This document shows, piece after piece, positions 40,834 through 51,247 of a stretch of 64,000 bases of DNA (position 1 is its first letter; each line of letters opens with the position of its first letter). Under the pieces are notes generated by a model that saw only the letters and a list, made by a program, of their open reading frames with translations, had not been told where the DNA came from and made no database searches. The DNA is from an uncultured Gemmatimonadales bacterium (GTDB taxonomy: Bacteria; Gemmatimonadota; Gemmatimonadetes; Longimicrobiales; RSA9), in NCBI GenBank assembly GCA_963798085.1, contig CAWCRS010000008.1, positions 480,001 to 544,000 of the forward strand, written 5' to 3'. The position numbers and the translations under genes were made by a program.

Positions 40834-41451
40834 ATGGCACTGCTACCGACCGATCCGAGCAGCCAGAAGAAACTGCTCATCGGACTGGTTCCATTGCTGC
40901 TGCTGTTTGCGTACTGGCAGCTGCTGCATGGCAAGAAGACGCACGAGGCTGACAATCTCGAGCAGCGACTCGAGCAGCTGACGGCTGCGAACAACGCAGC
41001 CAAGGTGCTGGCCGCGCAGGGCGGCCCCGAGCTGGAGCGCAAGCTGGCCATCTACGAGCAGCACATGCGCCAGCTCGAGGAGCTGATTCCCAAGCGCGAG
41101 GAAGTGCCTGAACTGCTGCACAGCATGACGCAGCGGGCGCAGACCTCGGGCGTGGATCTGACCAAGATGAATCCGGAAGCCGACGATCCCGGTCCGTTCT
41201 ATTCGCGGAAGATCTACGAGATCGCGGTGCGCGGGTCGTACCACAACGTGGCGACATATCTGACCGAGATCGGATCACTGTCGCGCATTGTGACACCCAC
41301 GGATCTGAAGCTGGTGAAGCCAGCGGCTGCCGCGAATACCGATCGCGGCAACCCCCCGCTGGTGGAGGCGAATTTCCGCATCGTCACCTACGTCATCCCT
41401 GAGCCGGCTGCGGTGCCGGCCGATTCCACGGCTGCCCATGGCACGCACTAG
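40834..41451 (+). CDS. pilO: Type IV pilus assembly protein PilO
   Basis: TM plus coiled coil, LIPKREEVPELL and GSYHNVATYL.EIG.L.RIV. Confidence 0.92.
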   Translation: MALLPTDPSSQKKLLIGLVPLLLLFAYWQLLHGKKTHEADNLEQRLEQLTAANNAAKVLAAQGGPELERKLAIYEQHMRQLEELIPKREEVPELLHSMTQRAQTSGVDLTKMNPEADDPGPFYSRKIYEIAVRGSYHNVATYLTEIGSLSRIVTPTDLKLVKPAAAANTDRGNPPLVEANFRIVTYVIPEPAAVPADSTAAHGTH

Positions 41452-41905
41452 ACATTTCGTCTCGATCCTGGGCCTCGCCCTGGCCTCCGGCCTGGGCGCT
41501 GTGCCCGTCGCGGCGCAGGCCGCGGCTGCGGCGCCGGATGCGGCCCGACAGGCCCCCGTGCATCCGCGCAACATCCAGCTCGTGTTCGAGCGGGAGGTCT
41601 ATCACTACCAGGGCGGCGGCCGGCGCGACCCGTTCAAGTCGCTCGCCAGTGACGACGCCATGGGTCCGCTCTTCGACGAGCTCAAGCTGCGCATGATCAT
41701 CTTCGTCGAAAAACCCGGACAGAGCGTCGCACTGGTCATGGACGGCGCCAAGAAGTCATACCGGCTGCGCAAGGGGGATGTCGTGGGCAACGCGACCGTC
41801 CTCGACATAACGCCGGAGCATGTGGTGTTCAGCGTAGAGGATTTCGGCAATCGCCGGCAGGAAACACTGGAACTCAAGGCCAAGAACCAGAAGGAAGGAG
41901 CGTAA
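41438..41905 (+). CDS. pilP: PilP-like protein
   Basis: RRDPF motif and Y.LRKGD.VG. Located between pilO and pilQ. No lipobox Cys is seen. Confidence 0.7.
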   Translation: MARTRHFVSILGLALASGLGAVPVAAQAAAAAPDAARQAPVHPRNIQLVFEREVYHYQGGGRRDPFKSLASDDAMGPLFDELKLRMIIFVEKPGQSVALVMDGAKKSYRLRKGDVVGNATVLDITPEHVVFSVEDFGNRRQETLELKAKNQKEGA

Positions 41906-41908
41906 GGG

Positions 41909-43663
41909 ATGATCCCGATCATCGCATTGTCGCTGGCGGTGCTTGCGCCGGACGCAGCGGTGACCGGTTTCCGCGTGCAGCCGGCCGCCGATCGCACCGA
42001 GATCGTCATCGGCGTGGATGGCCAGGTTACGGCCACTCACTTCGCACTCGAAAACCCGAACCGAATCGTCCTGGACCTGATCGGGCTCAAGCCCGTCATG
42101 CCCTCCCAGTACCGCGTGGGAAGAGGCGGTGTGGAGCGTCTGCGCATCGCGCAATTCGACCCGAACGTGGTGCGCGTCGTCGTCGACGTGAGCAATGCCG
42201 TCGACTACAAGGTGGAGCAGAGTGACGGCTCCGTCCGCATCAGCTTTCCCAACGGCGGCGGGCAGTTCGAGCCCTGGCAGTCGAGCGACCCGCCCACGCC
42301 CGTGACCGATGCCAATCGTCTGCCGCCCGTCAGTCCGCCGGCGCAGCGTGACAACACGCCGCCGCTGAACGCGAAGACGGCGCAGCAGCAGGCGACGCTG
42401 GTCACCGTGAGCTTCAGCGAGGAAAGCGTCGCCAACGTGATCAACACCTTCGCCGAGTACGCGGGCAAGAGCATCATTGCCTCGGCCGACGTGAAGGCCA
42501 AGACGATCACGGCAGACGTGCGCAATCAGCCCTGGGATGTCGCGCTGGACGCGATCCTCACGGCTAACAACCTGTACGCGAAGGAAAACGAGAACGGCGT
42601 GATCGTGATCGAGGACGGCGCCAAGCTGGCCGCCCGCGTCAACGAGGAGCCGCTCATCTCGCGCCAGTACCAGATTCTGTACGTCAGCGCCGACTCGCTC
42701 GTGCAGACGGTGGCGGCCATGCTGACGCCGACCAAGGGCAAGGTGGCGGCCAACAAGTCGTCCAACTCGCTGCTGGTCACGGACGTGCCTTCGGTGCTCG
42801 ATCGCATTGAGCCGCTCATTCAGCAGCTGGACGTGCGCATGCCGCAGGTCAACATCGCGGCCACCATCGCGTTCGTCGATCGCACGGCGCTGGAAGAGCT
42901 GGGCATTTCCTACGATGTGAAAGACTCGCGCGGCAACCAGATCAACAGCCACGTGCCCGGCTACATCGACAGCAACGGCAACGGCATTCTCGAGCCCGGC
43001 GAGCAGACCAAGCAGGATGTCGTGCTGCTGGGCGGCAACTCCATCGGTGCGCTGGCTAACGCCAACTTCCCGGTGCCCAGCCCGGCCCTGCAGGTTGTCA
43101 GTTCGCTGCTGCTCGGGCGGCACACGCTGATCTCGTTCCTGGAGGCGCTGCAGCAGGTTACGCTGAGCGACATCCAGGCGAAGCCGGTCGTCACGGTGAT
43201 GAACCACCGTCAGGCCGAAATCCAGGTCGGACAGCGCACGCCCATTCGCGTGATCGATCCCGGCTCGTTCAGCTCCGCCGGTGGCGCCGGTGGCGGTACC
43301 ATCACGGGCGCGCGGGCCACGGTGGACTACCAGAACACCGGTGTTATTCTGCGCGTCACACCGCACGTCACCGGCGAGCAGGTACTGCTGGACATTGCCG
43401 CCGAACGTTCGGACGCCGTCCCCGGGTCCTCGGATGTAGGCTTCGTGTTCACCACACAGAACGCCAAGACGCAGGTCCTGGTGCGCGATGGCGAGACCAC
43501 CGTGATCGGCGGCCTCACCATCACGGAGAAGTCGCGCGTCCGCACGGGCGTGCCGCTCCTCATGGACCTGCCCGTGCTGGGTGGGCTCTTCCGCCACACC
43601 CGTGAGTCCGAGAACAAGCGCGACCTGCTCATCATGGTCACGCCGCACATCGTCAGGGACTGA
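41909..43663 (+). CDS. pilQ: Type IV pilus secretin PilQ with AMIN domain
   Basis: AMIN (LENPNRIVLDL), QPWDVALDAIL, LDV..PQV.I, TGVILRVTPHV, GETTVIGGL, GVPLLMDLPVLGGLFR and LLIMVTPHIV. Confidence 0.95.
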   Translation: MIPIIALSLAVLAPDAAVTGFRVQPAADRTEIVIGVDGQVTATHFALENPNRIVLDLIGLKPVMPSQYRVGRGGVERLRIAQFDPNVVRVVVDVSNAVDYKVEQSDGSVRISFPNGGGQFEPWQSSDPPTPVTDANRLPPVSPPAQRDNTPPLNAKTAQQQATLVTVSFSEESVANVINTFAEYAGKSIIASADVKAKTITADVRNQPWDVALDAILTANNLYAKENENGVIVIEDGAKLAARVNEEPLISRQYQILYVSADSLVQTVAAMLTPTKGKVAANKSSNSLLVTDVPSVLDRIEPLIQQLDVRMPQVNIAATIAFVDRTALEELGISYDVKDSRGNQINSHVPGYIDSNGNGILEPGEQTKQDVVLLGGNSIGALANANFPVPSPALQVVSSLLLGRHTLISFLEALQQVTLSDIQAKPVVTVMNHRQAEIQVGQRTPIRVIDPGSFSSAGGAGGGTITGARATVDYQNTGVILRVTPHVTGEQVLLDIAAERSDAVPGSSDVGFVFTTQNAKTQVLVRDGETTVIGGLTITEKSRVRTGVPLLMDLPVLGGLFRHTRESENKRDLLIMVTPHIVRD

Positions 43664-43723
43664 GCCATGCGCGAGGCAACCCAGAACCGGACCCCGGGTC
43701 ACGCGTACCCGGAACAACCAGCG

Positions 43724-45355
43724 ATGAATCGTATGAATCAGAAATGGGAAGCGACCGGCACGAGCCGGATAGCGCGGCGGCTCTCGGCAGTGCTGTTCGC
43801 CGGCCTGGTTCTGGTTGGCGCCTGCGAGGGTGACAACCTGTTCAGCGGCGACGTCACCGAGCTGAAGCCCCGCATCGTCAATCTCTCACTGCCGCCCGCC
43901 GCCTTCGCCGGCAGCTCCGTCAATGTGCGCGTGGACGCACAGGCCGGACGCGGTGTGGCGCAGATCGTCGTCGCACTGCGCGGCGCGCTCTCCAAGGACA
44001 CGACGGTGACGATCAATCCGTCGCAGCAGCGCGTGTCCAAGGTGGTCTCGTTCGCCGTGCCCCTGGCACTGAGCGACACGGTCCTCCTGGTGGGTGCCAG
44101 CGTGATCGACGAGGCCGGTGATCAGAGCAGCCTCGTGGAAGGCGCCATTGCCGCCTTCGGTCCGCCTGTGGTCACGGCCGTGACCGGACCCAGCGGCATC
44201 CGCGCGGGTGAGCGCATCAACGTGCGTGTCACTGCGTTCGGCGCACGCAAGGTCGCGCGTCTCGATCTTTCCGCGCGCGGCGCGGTCACCACCGACACCA
44301 GCGTGATCATGTCGCCGGCACTGCCGTCCGTCGTGTCCGACATCGAGTTGCGCATACCGACCAACGTGCAGGATACGGTCATCACCCTGAACGTGACGGC
44401 GCAGGATGCGCTGGGCGCGCAGAGTGCAGCGCGCTCCGTGCTGCTGCCGCTCGCCATTGACACGCCCAGCGTGGAACTGCTGGTGCCGCCCAGCGTCGAA
44501 GCCGGACGCATTCTCACACTGGGTGTGCAGGCCAGCTCTGTCCGCCAGATCTCCGAGATTCGCGTCGAGCTGCGCGGCGGCGTTGTGAAGGACACGTCGG
44601 TCAAGGTGCTGCCCACGCGCGTGACCACACTCGAGTTCATCAATGTGGGCCTGCCCGCGTCGTTGACGAGTCCTGACATTCGCGTTCGCGCCTTCGCGCT
44701 CGACCGCGCCAACACCGTCAGTGCCACCGATGTGTTCACGGTTTCCGCACCGCAGGGCGCACCCAGCATCGTGCTCGTGGATCCGTTCGCGTCGACGCTC
44801 GAAGCCGGTGACTATGCCGACTTCCGGGTGCAGGCGATTGCGGATCGGCCTATCAAGGAGCTGCGCTTCCGCTGGCGCGGGTTCATTGCCGACTCGCTCA
44901 AGAAGTCGACGGGTGGTCCCGAAACCCGCCTGACCATTGATCCGGCCCGTACGTCGGTGGTGGAGGATGCCAGCGTGCAGACGCCCTGCCTGCGTTCGGA
45001 CGGGATCTTCATGGTGCTCGTCACGGCACGTGACCAGGACGATCACCTGAGCCCCATCGTCACCGCGACGCTCTCACTGATGGGCAACCAGACCTGCCAG
45101 ACGCCGGTCGACAGTGTCCCGGTCGACACGACCAGCGGACCCCGCGTCAAGCAGCGTGTACCCGCTGGCCTGCTCAAGAACAACGGCGGCTTCTCAATGG
45201 GCAGTGCGGTTCCGGCGCTTCAGGCTTCACGGAGCGTTCAGTATTTCGAGCCAGCCGCGCTCTTCGCGACGCGCGCCAGCTCGAAGCGCGGCCGCCGCGT
45301 GCGCTCCCTGCGTGCGCAGCCGTCGTCATTCCGGTCCGTCCCGCGACGCAGCTGA
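43724..45355 (+). CDS. Predicted lipoprotein with ~4 tandem beta-rich (Ig-like) repeats
   Basis: LVLVGAC lipobox and repeated V.V.A...R....I...LRG....DT.V units. Start is uncertain (43667, 43724 or 43733). Confidence 0.7.
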   Translation: MNRMNQKWEATGTSRIARRLSAVLFAGLVLVGACEGDNLFSGDVTELKPRIVNLSLPPAAFAGSSVNVRVDAQAGRGVAQIVVALRGALSKDTTVTINPSQQRVSKVVSFAVPLALSDTVLLVGASVIDEAGDQSSLVEGAIAAFGPPVVTAVTGPSGIRAGERINVRVTAFGARKVARLDLSARGAVTTDTSVIMSPALPSVVSDIELRIPTNVQDTVITLNVTAQDALGAQSAARSVLLPLAIDTPSVELLVPPSVEAGRILTLGVQASSVRQISEIRVELRGGVVKDTSVKVLPTRVTTLEFINVGLPASLTSPDIRVRAFALDRANTVSATDVFTVSAPQGAPSIVLVDPFASTLEAGDYADFRVQAIADRPIKELRFRWRGFIADSLKKSTGGPETRLTIDPARTSVVEDASVQTPCLRSDGIFMVLVTARDQDDHLSPIVTATLSLMGNQTCQTPVDSVPVDTTSGPRVKQRVPAGLLKNNGGFSMGSAVPALQASRSVQYFEPAALFATRASSKRGRRVRSLRAQPSSFRSVPRRS

Positions 45356-45416
45356 CGCGATCGCTGGACACAGCGGGGGAACCCGCAGTATATAAGGCAG
45401 CGGCTTGACCCAATGG

Positions 45417-45447
45417 AGAGCCCGGTTTCGGCCGGGCTCTTCGGCTT
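45417..45447 (+). terminator. Hairpin with TTCG loop between pilus operon and aroC
   Basis: AGAGCCCGGT-TTCG-GCCGGGCTCT followed by TCGGCTTT. Confidence 0.55.
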
Positions 45448-45561
45448 TGCACCTCCCGTGGACAACGAGCCCGACGCCCCGACGCGACGGGCAGACGGAA
45501 ACACGGAGGTGCCTGCACCTCTGAATCGCGCGAGCCAGACTGCCGGAGGCGGCGACCTCAC

Positions 45562-46800
45562 ATGCATTTCCAATTCAGGACAGCGGGGGAATCACACGGA
45601 CCGGGCCTGGTCTGCCTGATCGAAGGCCTGCCCGCAGGGCTGCCCGTGTCCGTGCCGCAGCATATCGACCCGGAATTGCGGCGCCGGCAGGGTGGTCATG
45701 GCCGCGGCGATCGCATGAAGATCGAGAAGGACGGGGCCCAGCTCGTGGCGGGCGTGCGCCTCGGCGAGACGCTCGGGTCACCCATCGCACTCGTGGTCTG
45801 GAACCGGGACTGGGAGAACTGGCAGCTGCCCATGTCGGTCGAGGCCCGGCCCGAGGCGACGGACGAGCAGCTGCGCCGCGTCCACCTGCCCCGTCCCGGG
45901 CACGCGGACCTCGTGGGGGTACTGAAGTACGATCGCGATGATGCGCGTGACATTCTGGAGCGCGCCTCGGCCCGGGAAACCACCTCGCGGGTGGCGGCCG
46001 GCGCTTTTGCCAGGCGCCTGCTGGCCGAATTCGGCATTCGACTGGGCAGCCATGTCGTCATGCTGGGCGGGATCGAGGCGAAACCGCCCGGGACATGGCC
46101 CGAAGACATCAACGGACTGGCCGACGCATCGCCCGTCCGCACGCTGGACGCCGATGCCGAAAAACGCATGATCGAGGCGATCGACGCAGCGCGCGAGGCC
46201 GGTGATACGCTGGGCGGCTGCTTCGAAGTGGTCGCGACCGGCCTGCCCGTGGGACTGGGCAGCCACATTTCGTGGGACCGCAAGCTCGATGGCCGCATCG
46301 CCCAGGCCATGATGTCGATCCAGGCCATGAAGGGCGTCGAGATCGGCCTGGGCTTCGAGGCGGCGAGGCGACCGGGCTCCCGCGTGCATGACGAGATCGA
46401 GCGCGCGGACCAGCCCCGCACGGGCGGGTTCCGCCGCACGGGCAACAGCGCGGGCGGCCTGGAGGGCGGCATTACCACGGGCGAGCCGCTGGTGGTGCGG
46501 GTGGCGATGAAGCCGCTGTCCACGCTCATGAAGCCGCTGCGCAGCGTGGACCTGCGCACCGGTGATCGCGCTTCCGCCGTGCGCGAGCGCAGCGATGTCG
46601 TGGCCCTGCCCGCCGCAGGCGTGGTGGGCGAGGCAATGCTGGCCATCGTGCTGGCCGATGCGCTGCTGGAGAAGTTCGGCGGGGACAGCCTGGCGGAAAT
46701 GAAGCGCAATTACGCGTCTTACCTGCGTCAGCTGGCCGAGCGCAGCGCCCGCCTTGCGGAGGGCGCGCCAGTCCTGCCCGACGCGGCGGCCGGCCACTGA
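45562..46800 (+). CDS. aroC: Chorismate synthase
   Basis: TAGESHG, RRRQGGHGRG, PRPGHAD, ERASARET, KGVEIG, GGLEGG, MKP.STL and ERSD. Confidence 0.97.
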   Translation: MHFQFRTAGESHGPGLVCLIEGLPAGLPVSVPQHIDPELRRRQGGHGRGDRMKIEKDGAQLVAGVRLGETLGSPIALVVWNRDWENWQLPMSVEARPEATDEQLRRVHLPRPGHADLVGVLKYDRDDARDILERASARETTSRVAAGAFARRLLAEFGIRLGSHVVMLGGIEAKPPGTWPEDINGLADASPVRTLDADAEKRMIEAIDAAREAGDTLGGCFEVVATGLPVGLGSHISWDRKLDGRIAQAMMSIQAMKGVEIGLGFEAARRPGSRVHDEIERADQPRTGGFRRTGNSAGGLEGGITTGEPLVVRVAMKPLSTLMKPLRSVDLRTGDRASAVRERSDVVALPAAGVVGEAMLAIVLADALLEKFGGDSLAEMKRNYASYLRQLAERSARLAEGAPVLPDAAAGH

Positions 46801-46807
46801 GTCGCGC

Positions 46808-47350
46808 GTGCCGCCTGTGCCACAGAAACCGGGCGGCCTGCCGGTGCGTACCGTCGTCCTCGTCGGCTTCATGGCCGCGGGCAAGACCACGGTGGGCCGG
46901 TTGCTGGCGACGACACTCGGCTGGCGCTTCTTCGACCTCGACGAAGAGATCGAGCGTGAAACGGGCGCCACGGTTCCGGAGCTGTTCCGGACCCGGGGCG
47001 AGGCGGCGTTTCGCGCGCTCGAGCAGGCGCATGTCGCCCGGCTGTGTCGGGAGCAGGATGCAGTGCTCGCGCCCGGCGGCGGCTGGGGAGCGCGCGCGGG
47101 CGCGTTCGGTGTACTGCCAGCGGGGGCACGCAGTGTGTGGCTGCGCGTGACGGCGGCGGAAGCGGTGCGCCGCGTGCGCACGTCGGGACTGGAACGGCCG
47201 CTGCTGGCCGTGCCTGATCCCATGGACCGCGCCCGGGCTCTGCTCGCGGAGCGGGAACCGTACTACGAGAAAGCCGATTGCCGCATCAATGTCGATGGCC
47301 GCACACCGGCTGACATTGTGGCGGCCATCGTGAACTGGATCAAGCAATGA
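46808..47350 (+). CDS. aroK: Shikimate kinase
   Basis: LVGFMAAGKTTVG, DLDEEIE, GEAAFRALE, GGG, RPLL and REPYY. Start is approximate. Confidence 0.92.
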   Translation: MPPVPQKPGGLPVRTVVLVGFMAAGKTTVGRLLATTLGWRFFDLDEEIERETGATVPELFRTRGEAAFRALEQAHVARLCREQDAVLAPGGGWGARAGAFGVLPAGARSVWLRVTAAEAVRRVRTSGLERPLLAVPDPMDRARALLAEREPYYEKADCRINVDGRTPADIVAAIVNWIKQ

Positions 47351-49806
47351 CGAAGTCGGGCAAACAACTGGTTATCGTCGAATCGCCGGCCAAGGCCAGG
47401 ACGATCGGCAAATACCTGGGTCCGGGCTATCGCGTCCGCGCCTCGGTGGGTCATATCCGTGACCTGCCCGAGCGCGAGCTGGGTGTGGACGTGGAGAAGG
47501 GCTTCGAGCCGCGCTACGTCACCATCCGCGGCAAGGGCAAGGTCATCCAGGAACTGCGGCGCGATGCCGAGGGCGTGGACGCGGTGCTGCTTGCCACCGA
47601 CCCGGATCGCGAAGGCGAAGCCATCGCCTACCACGTGGCGGAACAGCTGGGTTACGAACCGGACGGGCGCAAGACCGATGGCGGTCCCAGCTTCCAGCGC
47701 ATTCTCTTCCACGAGATCACACGCGACGCGGTCCACAAGGCACTGCGCGCTCCCGGCTCGCTGGACATGCGCAAGGTGGAAGCGCAGCAGGCGAGGCGCA
47801 TCCTGGACCGGCTGGTCGGCTACCAGGCCAGTCCGCTGCTCTGGAAGCCGATCCGCCCCGGTCTTTCGGCGGGTCGGGTGCAGACCGTGGCGCTGCGCCT
47901 GATCACCGAGCGCGAAACCGAGATCCGCGCCTTCAAGGCGGAGGAGTACTGGTCGGTCACGGCACAGCTGGAGAAGGATAACGCGCTGTTCGAGGCCCGC
48001 CTGCACTTTGTCGATGGCAAGGCCTTCCGCCTCGATAACGAGGTGTCAGCAACGACGGTTGTCGACGAAGTGCGGCCTCTGCCCTTCATCGTCACCGAGC
48101 TGAAGCGGCGGGAACGCCTCAAGAACCCGCCCCCGCCCTTCACCACTTCGACGCTGCAGCAGGAAGCCGCCAAGCGACTCGGCTTCAGCGCGCAGCGCAC
48201 CATGCGCACCGCGCAGCAGCTGTACGAGGGCGTGGAGATCGCCGAAGGCGCGGTGGGCCTGATCACGTACATGCGCACCGACTCGACACGCGTTTCCGCG
48301 GATGCGGTGAGCGGCGCGCGCGCGTTCATCGAGCGCGACTTCGGCAAGCGCTATCTGCCCGCCGAGCCCCGCCTGTGGATGGGCAAACAGCAGAAAGGTG
48401 CGCAGGAAGCCCACGAAGCCATCCGTCCGACCGATGCGGCCAGGCGGCCGGATCAGCTGCGCCAGTACCTGGACAAGGACCAGATCCGTCTGTACGAACT
48501 GATCTGGCTGCGCTTCGTCGCCGGCCAGATGGCGTCAGCGGTCTACGACACGACCACCGCAGATTTCGATCTGCGCGCCGCCAGCGGGCACCGCTACCTG
48601 TTCCGGGCCACCGGCTCGATCGTGAAATTCGACGGCTTCACGCGTCTGTATCAGGAGGCGACGCGAGGAAGGCGACAAGCGCACGCTCGATGATCTCGCG
48701 CCGCTGCCCGAGCTGGCCGAGAAGGATCGCTGCCGCCTGGAGCAGCTGGTACCCGCGCAGCATTTCACGCAACCGCCGCCGCGCTACACGGAAGCCAGCC
48801 TGGTGAAAGAGCTGGAGCGTCTCGGCATCGGCCGGCCCTCGACGTACGCGCAGATCATCTCCACGCTGCTCGATCGCGAATACGTCGAGACGCAGCAGAA
48901 GCGGTTCCAGCCCACGCCGCTCGGTGAGACTGTGGCGCGCGTGCTCGTGCGCGTGTTCCCCGACCTGTTCGATGTCGGTTTCACCAGTGAAATGGAAGGC
49001 GAGCTGGACCGCATCGAGGATGGCGAGCTGGATTGGCGGCACGTGCTCGACGATTTCTACAAGCCGTTCCGGCGCCAGCTCGAAGAAGGCGAAAAGAACC
49101 GCGACGACATCGTACGCGAGATCGTCGACCGGTGATGGCGACAAGACCTGCCCCGACTGCGGGCGGCCCATGGTCGTGCGCTGGAATCGCTACGGCCGCT
49201 TCCTCGGCTGCTCCGGCTACCCCGAGTGCCGCCACACCGAGCAGCTGGACCGCGAGGCCGCGCCGGAACCGAAGCTCGATCGGCGAGAAGTGCCCCGTCT
49301 GCGGCGGCGAGATGGTGGAGCGCGCAGGTCGCTTCGGTGCGTTCATCGCGTGCAGCAATTATCCGAAGTGCAAGCACACGCGGCCCCGCACGATTCCCGG
49401 ACTCAAGTGCGCGCAGTGCGGCATCGGCGATGTCGCGGAAAAGCGAACGCGTCGGGGCAAACCGTTCTGGGGCTGCACGCGCTATCCCGCATGCGACTGG
49501 TCGGTGTGGGATGAGCCCGTCGCCATCCCGTGCGAGGTCTGCGATGCGCCGTTCCTCGTGCGCAAGAGCACGAAGAAGCAGGGCGAATTCCTCAAGTGCC
49601 TCAAATGCAATGCGGTGGTAGCCGACACCGGCGCAGAGCCCGCACTCGAGGCCGCGGCGGCGACCGCCTCGGCGGGAGCGGCGCCCGCGGCAGCTGGCGG
49701 GGTCGGCCTGCCAGGCGCACCGGCTGCCGGCCACGCCGTGCGCGCGACGAAACGCTCCCCTTCCCGGTCGGGTACCAAACCGAAAGCACGACGGAAAGGA
49801 CACTGA
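47347..49806 (+). CDS. topA: DNA topoisomerase I with C-terminal zinc ribbons; three +1 frameshifts (~48662, ~49130, ~49278)
   Basis: IVESPAKA, ATDPDREGEAI, SAGRVQ and LITYMRTDS. It then continues in successive +1 frames as PPPRYTEASL/GIGRPSTY, CPDCG...FLGCSGYPEC, and CPVCG...CSNYPKC. Confidence 0.93.
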
Positions 49807-49810
49807 CTTC

Positions 49811-51247
49811 ATGGCGAGCGCCACCGTGATCGGCGGGGGGCTGGCCGGCTGCGAGGCCGCCTGGCAGCTCGCCGGACGAGGGCACCGTGTCACCCTCGTC
49901 GAGATGCGGCCCGTGCGCACGACGCCTGCGCACCGCACCGCGAATCTCGCCGAGCTGGTGTGCACGAATTCCTTCAAGAGCACGGACCCCGGCAACGCAC
50001 ACGGCCTGCTGAAGCTCGAGATGGCGGACCTCGGTTCGATCCTCATCGCGGCTGCGCAGGACGCACGCGTGCCCGCCGGTTCCGCCCTGGCCGTGGATCG
50101 CACCGCATTCGCCTGCGCCATCACGGAGCGTATCGAGACCCACCCGCGCATCACCGTGGAGCGCCGGGAAGTCACGCAGCTCCCCGCCGGTCCCTGCATT
50201 GTGGCGACGGGCCCGCTCACCTCGGACAGCCTGGCACGGGATATAGCACAGCTGTTAGGCGACGACGGGTTGGCCTTCTTCGACGCGATCGCCCCGATCA
50301 TCGCGTTGGAATCGATCGACACCAGTGTCGTGTACGCGGCGTCACGCTACGGCAAGGGCGAAGGGCAGGACTATCTGAACTGCCCGCTCGACAAGGAGCA
50401 GTACGCGCATTTCCTCGAGGCGCTCCGCGTGGCGGACACGTACAGCGGTCACGACTGGGAGCAGGTGCCGTACTTCGAGGGCTGTCTGCCCATCGAGGTG
50501 ATGGCGGCGCGTGGCGATGACACGCTGCGCTTCGGTCCCATGCGGCCCGTAGGACTGCGCGATCCGCGCACCGGCCGCCGGCCCTGGGCCGTCGTGCAGC
50601 TGCGGCGCGAGGATCGCACGGGCCAGATGTGGAACATGGTGGGCTTCCAGACGCGACTCCGCACGGGCGAGCAGCGCCGCGTGTTCCGCATGATCCCGGG
50701 ACTCGAGAACGCCGAGTTCCTGCGCACCGGCTCCATTCATCGCAATACGTATCTCAACTTTCCCGCAAGACTGCGCACGTATGGTGCACCCGGCGCGCGG
50801 CCCGACGTCATTTTCGCGGGTCAGCTGACCGGCGTTGAAGGCTATACCGAGTCGGCGGCATCAGGCATTCTCGCCGGCATCAACATGGACCGGCTGCTCC
50901 AGGGCAGGGAGCCCGTGGTGCCGCCGGCCAGCACCATGCTGGGCGCGCTGTACCGCTATCTGCACGAGGCCTCGCCCGGCGAGTTCCAGCCCATGAACTC
51001 GAACTTCGGGCTGCTCGATCCGCTGCCCGAGCCCGTGCGCGACAAGGGCGCGCGCCGGAAGCGCATCGTGGAGCGCGCGCGCGCGGAATTCAGGGAATGG
51101 GTGACACGCGCCGATGTGGCGCCGCCCACTAACGTTGCTGTTATGCGTGCGGCGCAGAGCGCAGCCCATGTGCCGGCGGATGCGATCCTGTCCTGGGCGG
51201 CCTCGCCTGCTGCGGAGACGGCGAGGCTGGCCGTCGAGCCGACATGA
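49811..51247 (+). CDS. trmFO: tRNA (uracil-54-C5)-methyltransferase, FADH2/folate-dependent
   Basis: GGGLAGCEAAWQ, ELVCTNSF, PAGSALAVDR, FFDAIAPI, YFEGCLPIE, NMVGFQT, HRNTY, GVEGY.ESAA and FQPMN.NFG. Confidence 0.96.
   Translation: MASATVIGGGLAGCEAAWQLAGRGHRVTLVEMRPVRTTPAHRTANLAELVCTNSFKSTDPGNAHGLLKLEMADLGSILIAAAQDARVPAGSALAVDRTAFACAITERIETHPRITVERREVTQLPAGPCIVATGPLTSDSLARDIAQLLGDDGLAFFDAIAPIIALESIDTSVVYAASRYGKGEGQDYLNCPLDKEQYAHFLEALRVADTYSGHDWEQVPYFEGCLPIEVMAARGDDTLRFGPMRPVGLRDPRTGRRPWAVVQLRREDRTGQMWNMVGFQTRLRTGEQRRVFRMIPGLENAEFLRTGSIHRNTYLNFPARLRTYGAPGARPDVIFAGQLTGVEGYTESAASGILAGINMDRLLQGREPVVPPASTMLGALYRYLHEASPGEFQPMNSNFGLLDPLPEPVRDKGARRKRIVERARAEFREWVTRADVAPPTNVAVMRAAQSAAHVPADAILSWAASPAAETARLAVEPT

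Noticed and set aside
47347..49806. topA as a pseudogene or split gene
   Set aside because: All domains are present and undegraded across three +1 shifts, consistent with the error pattern across the window.
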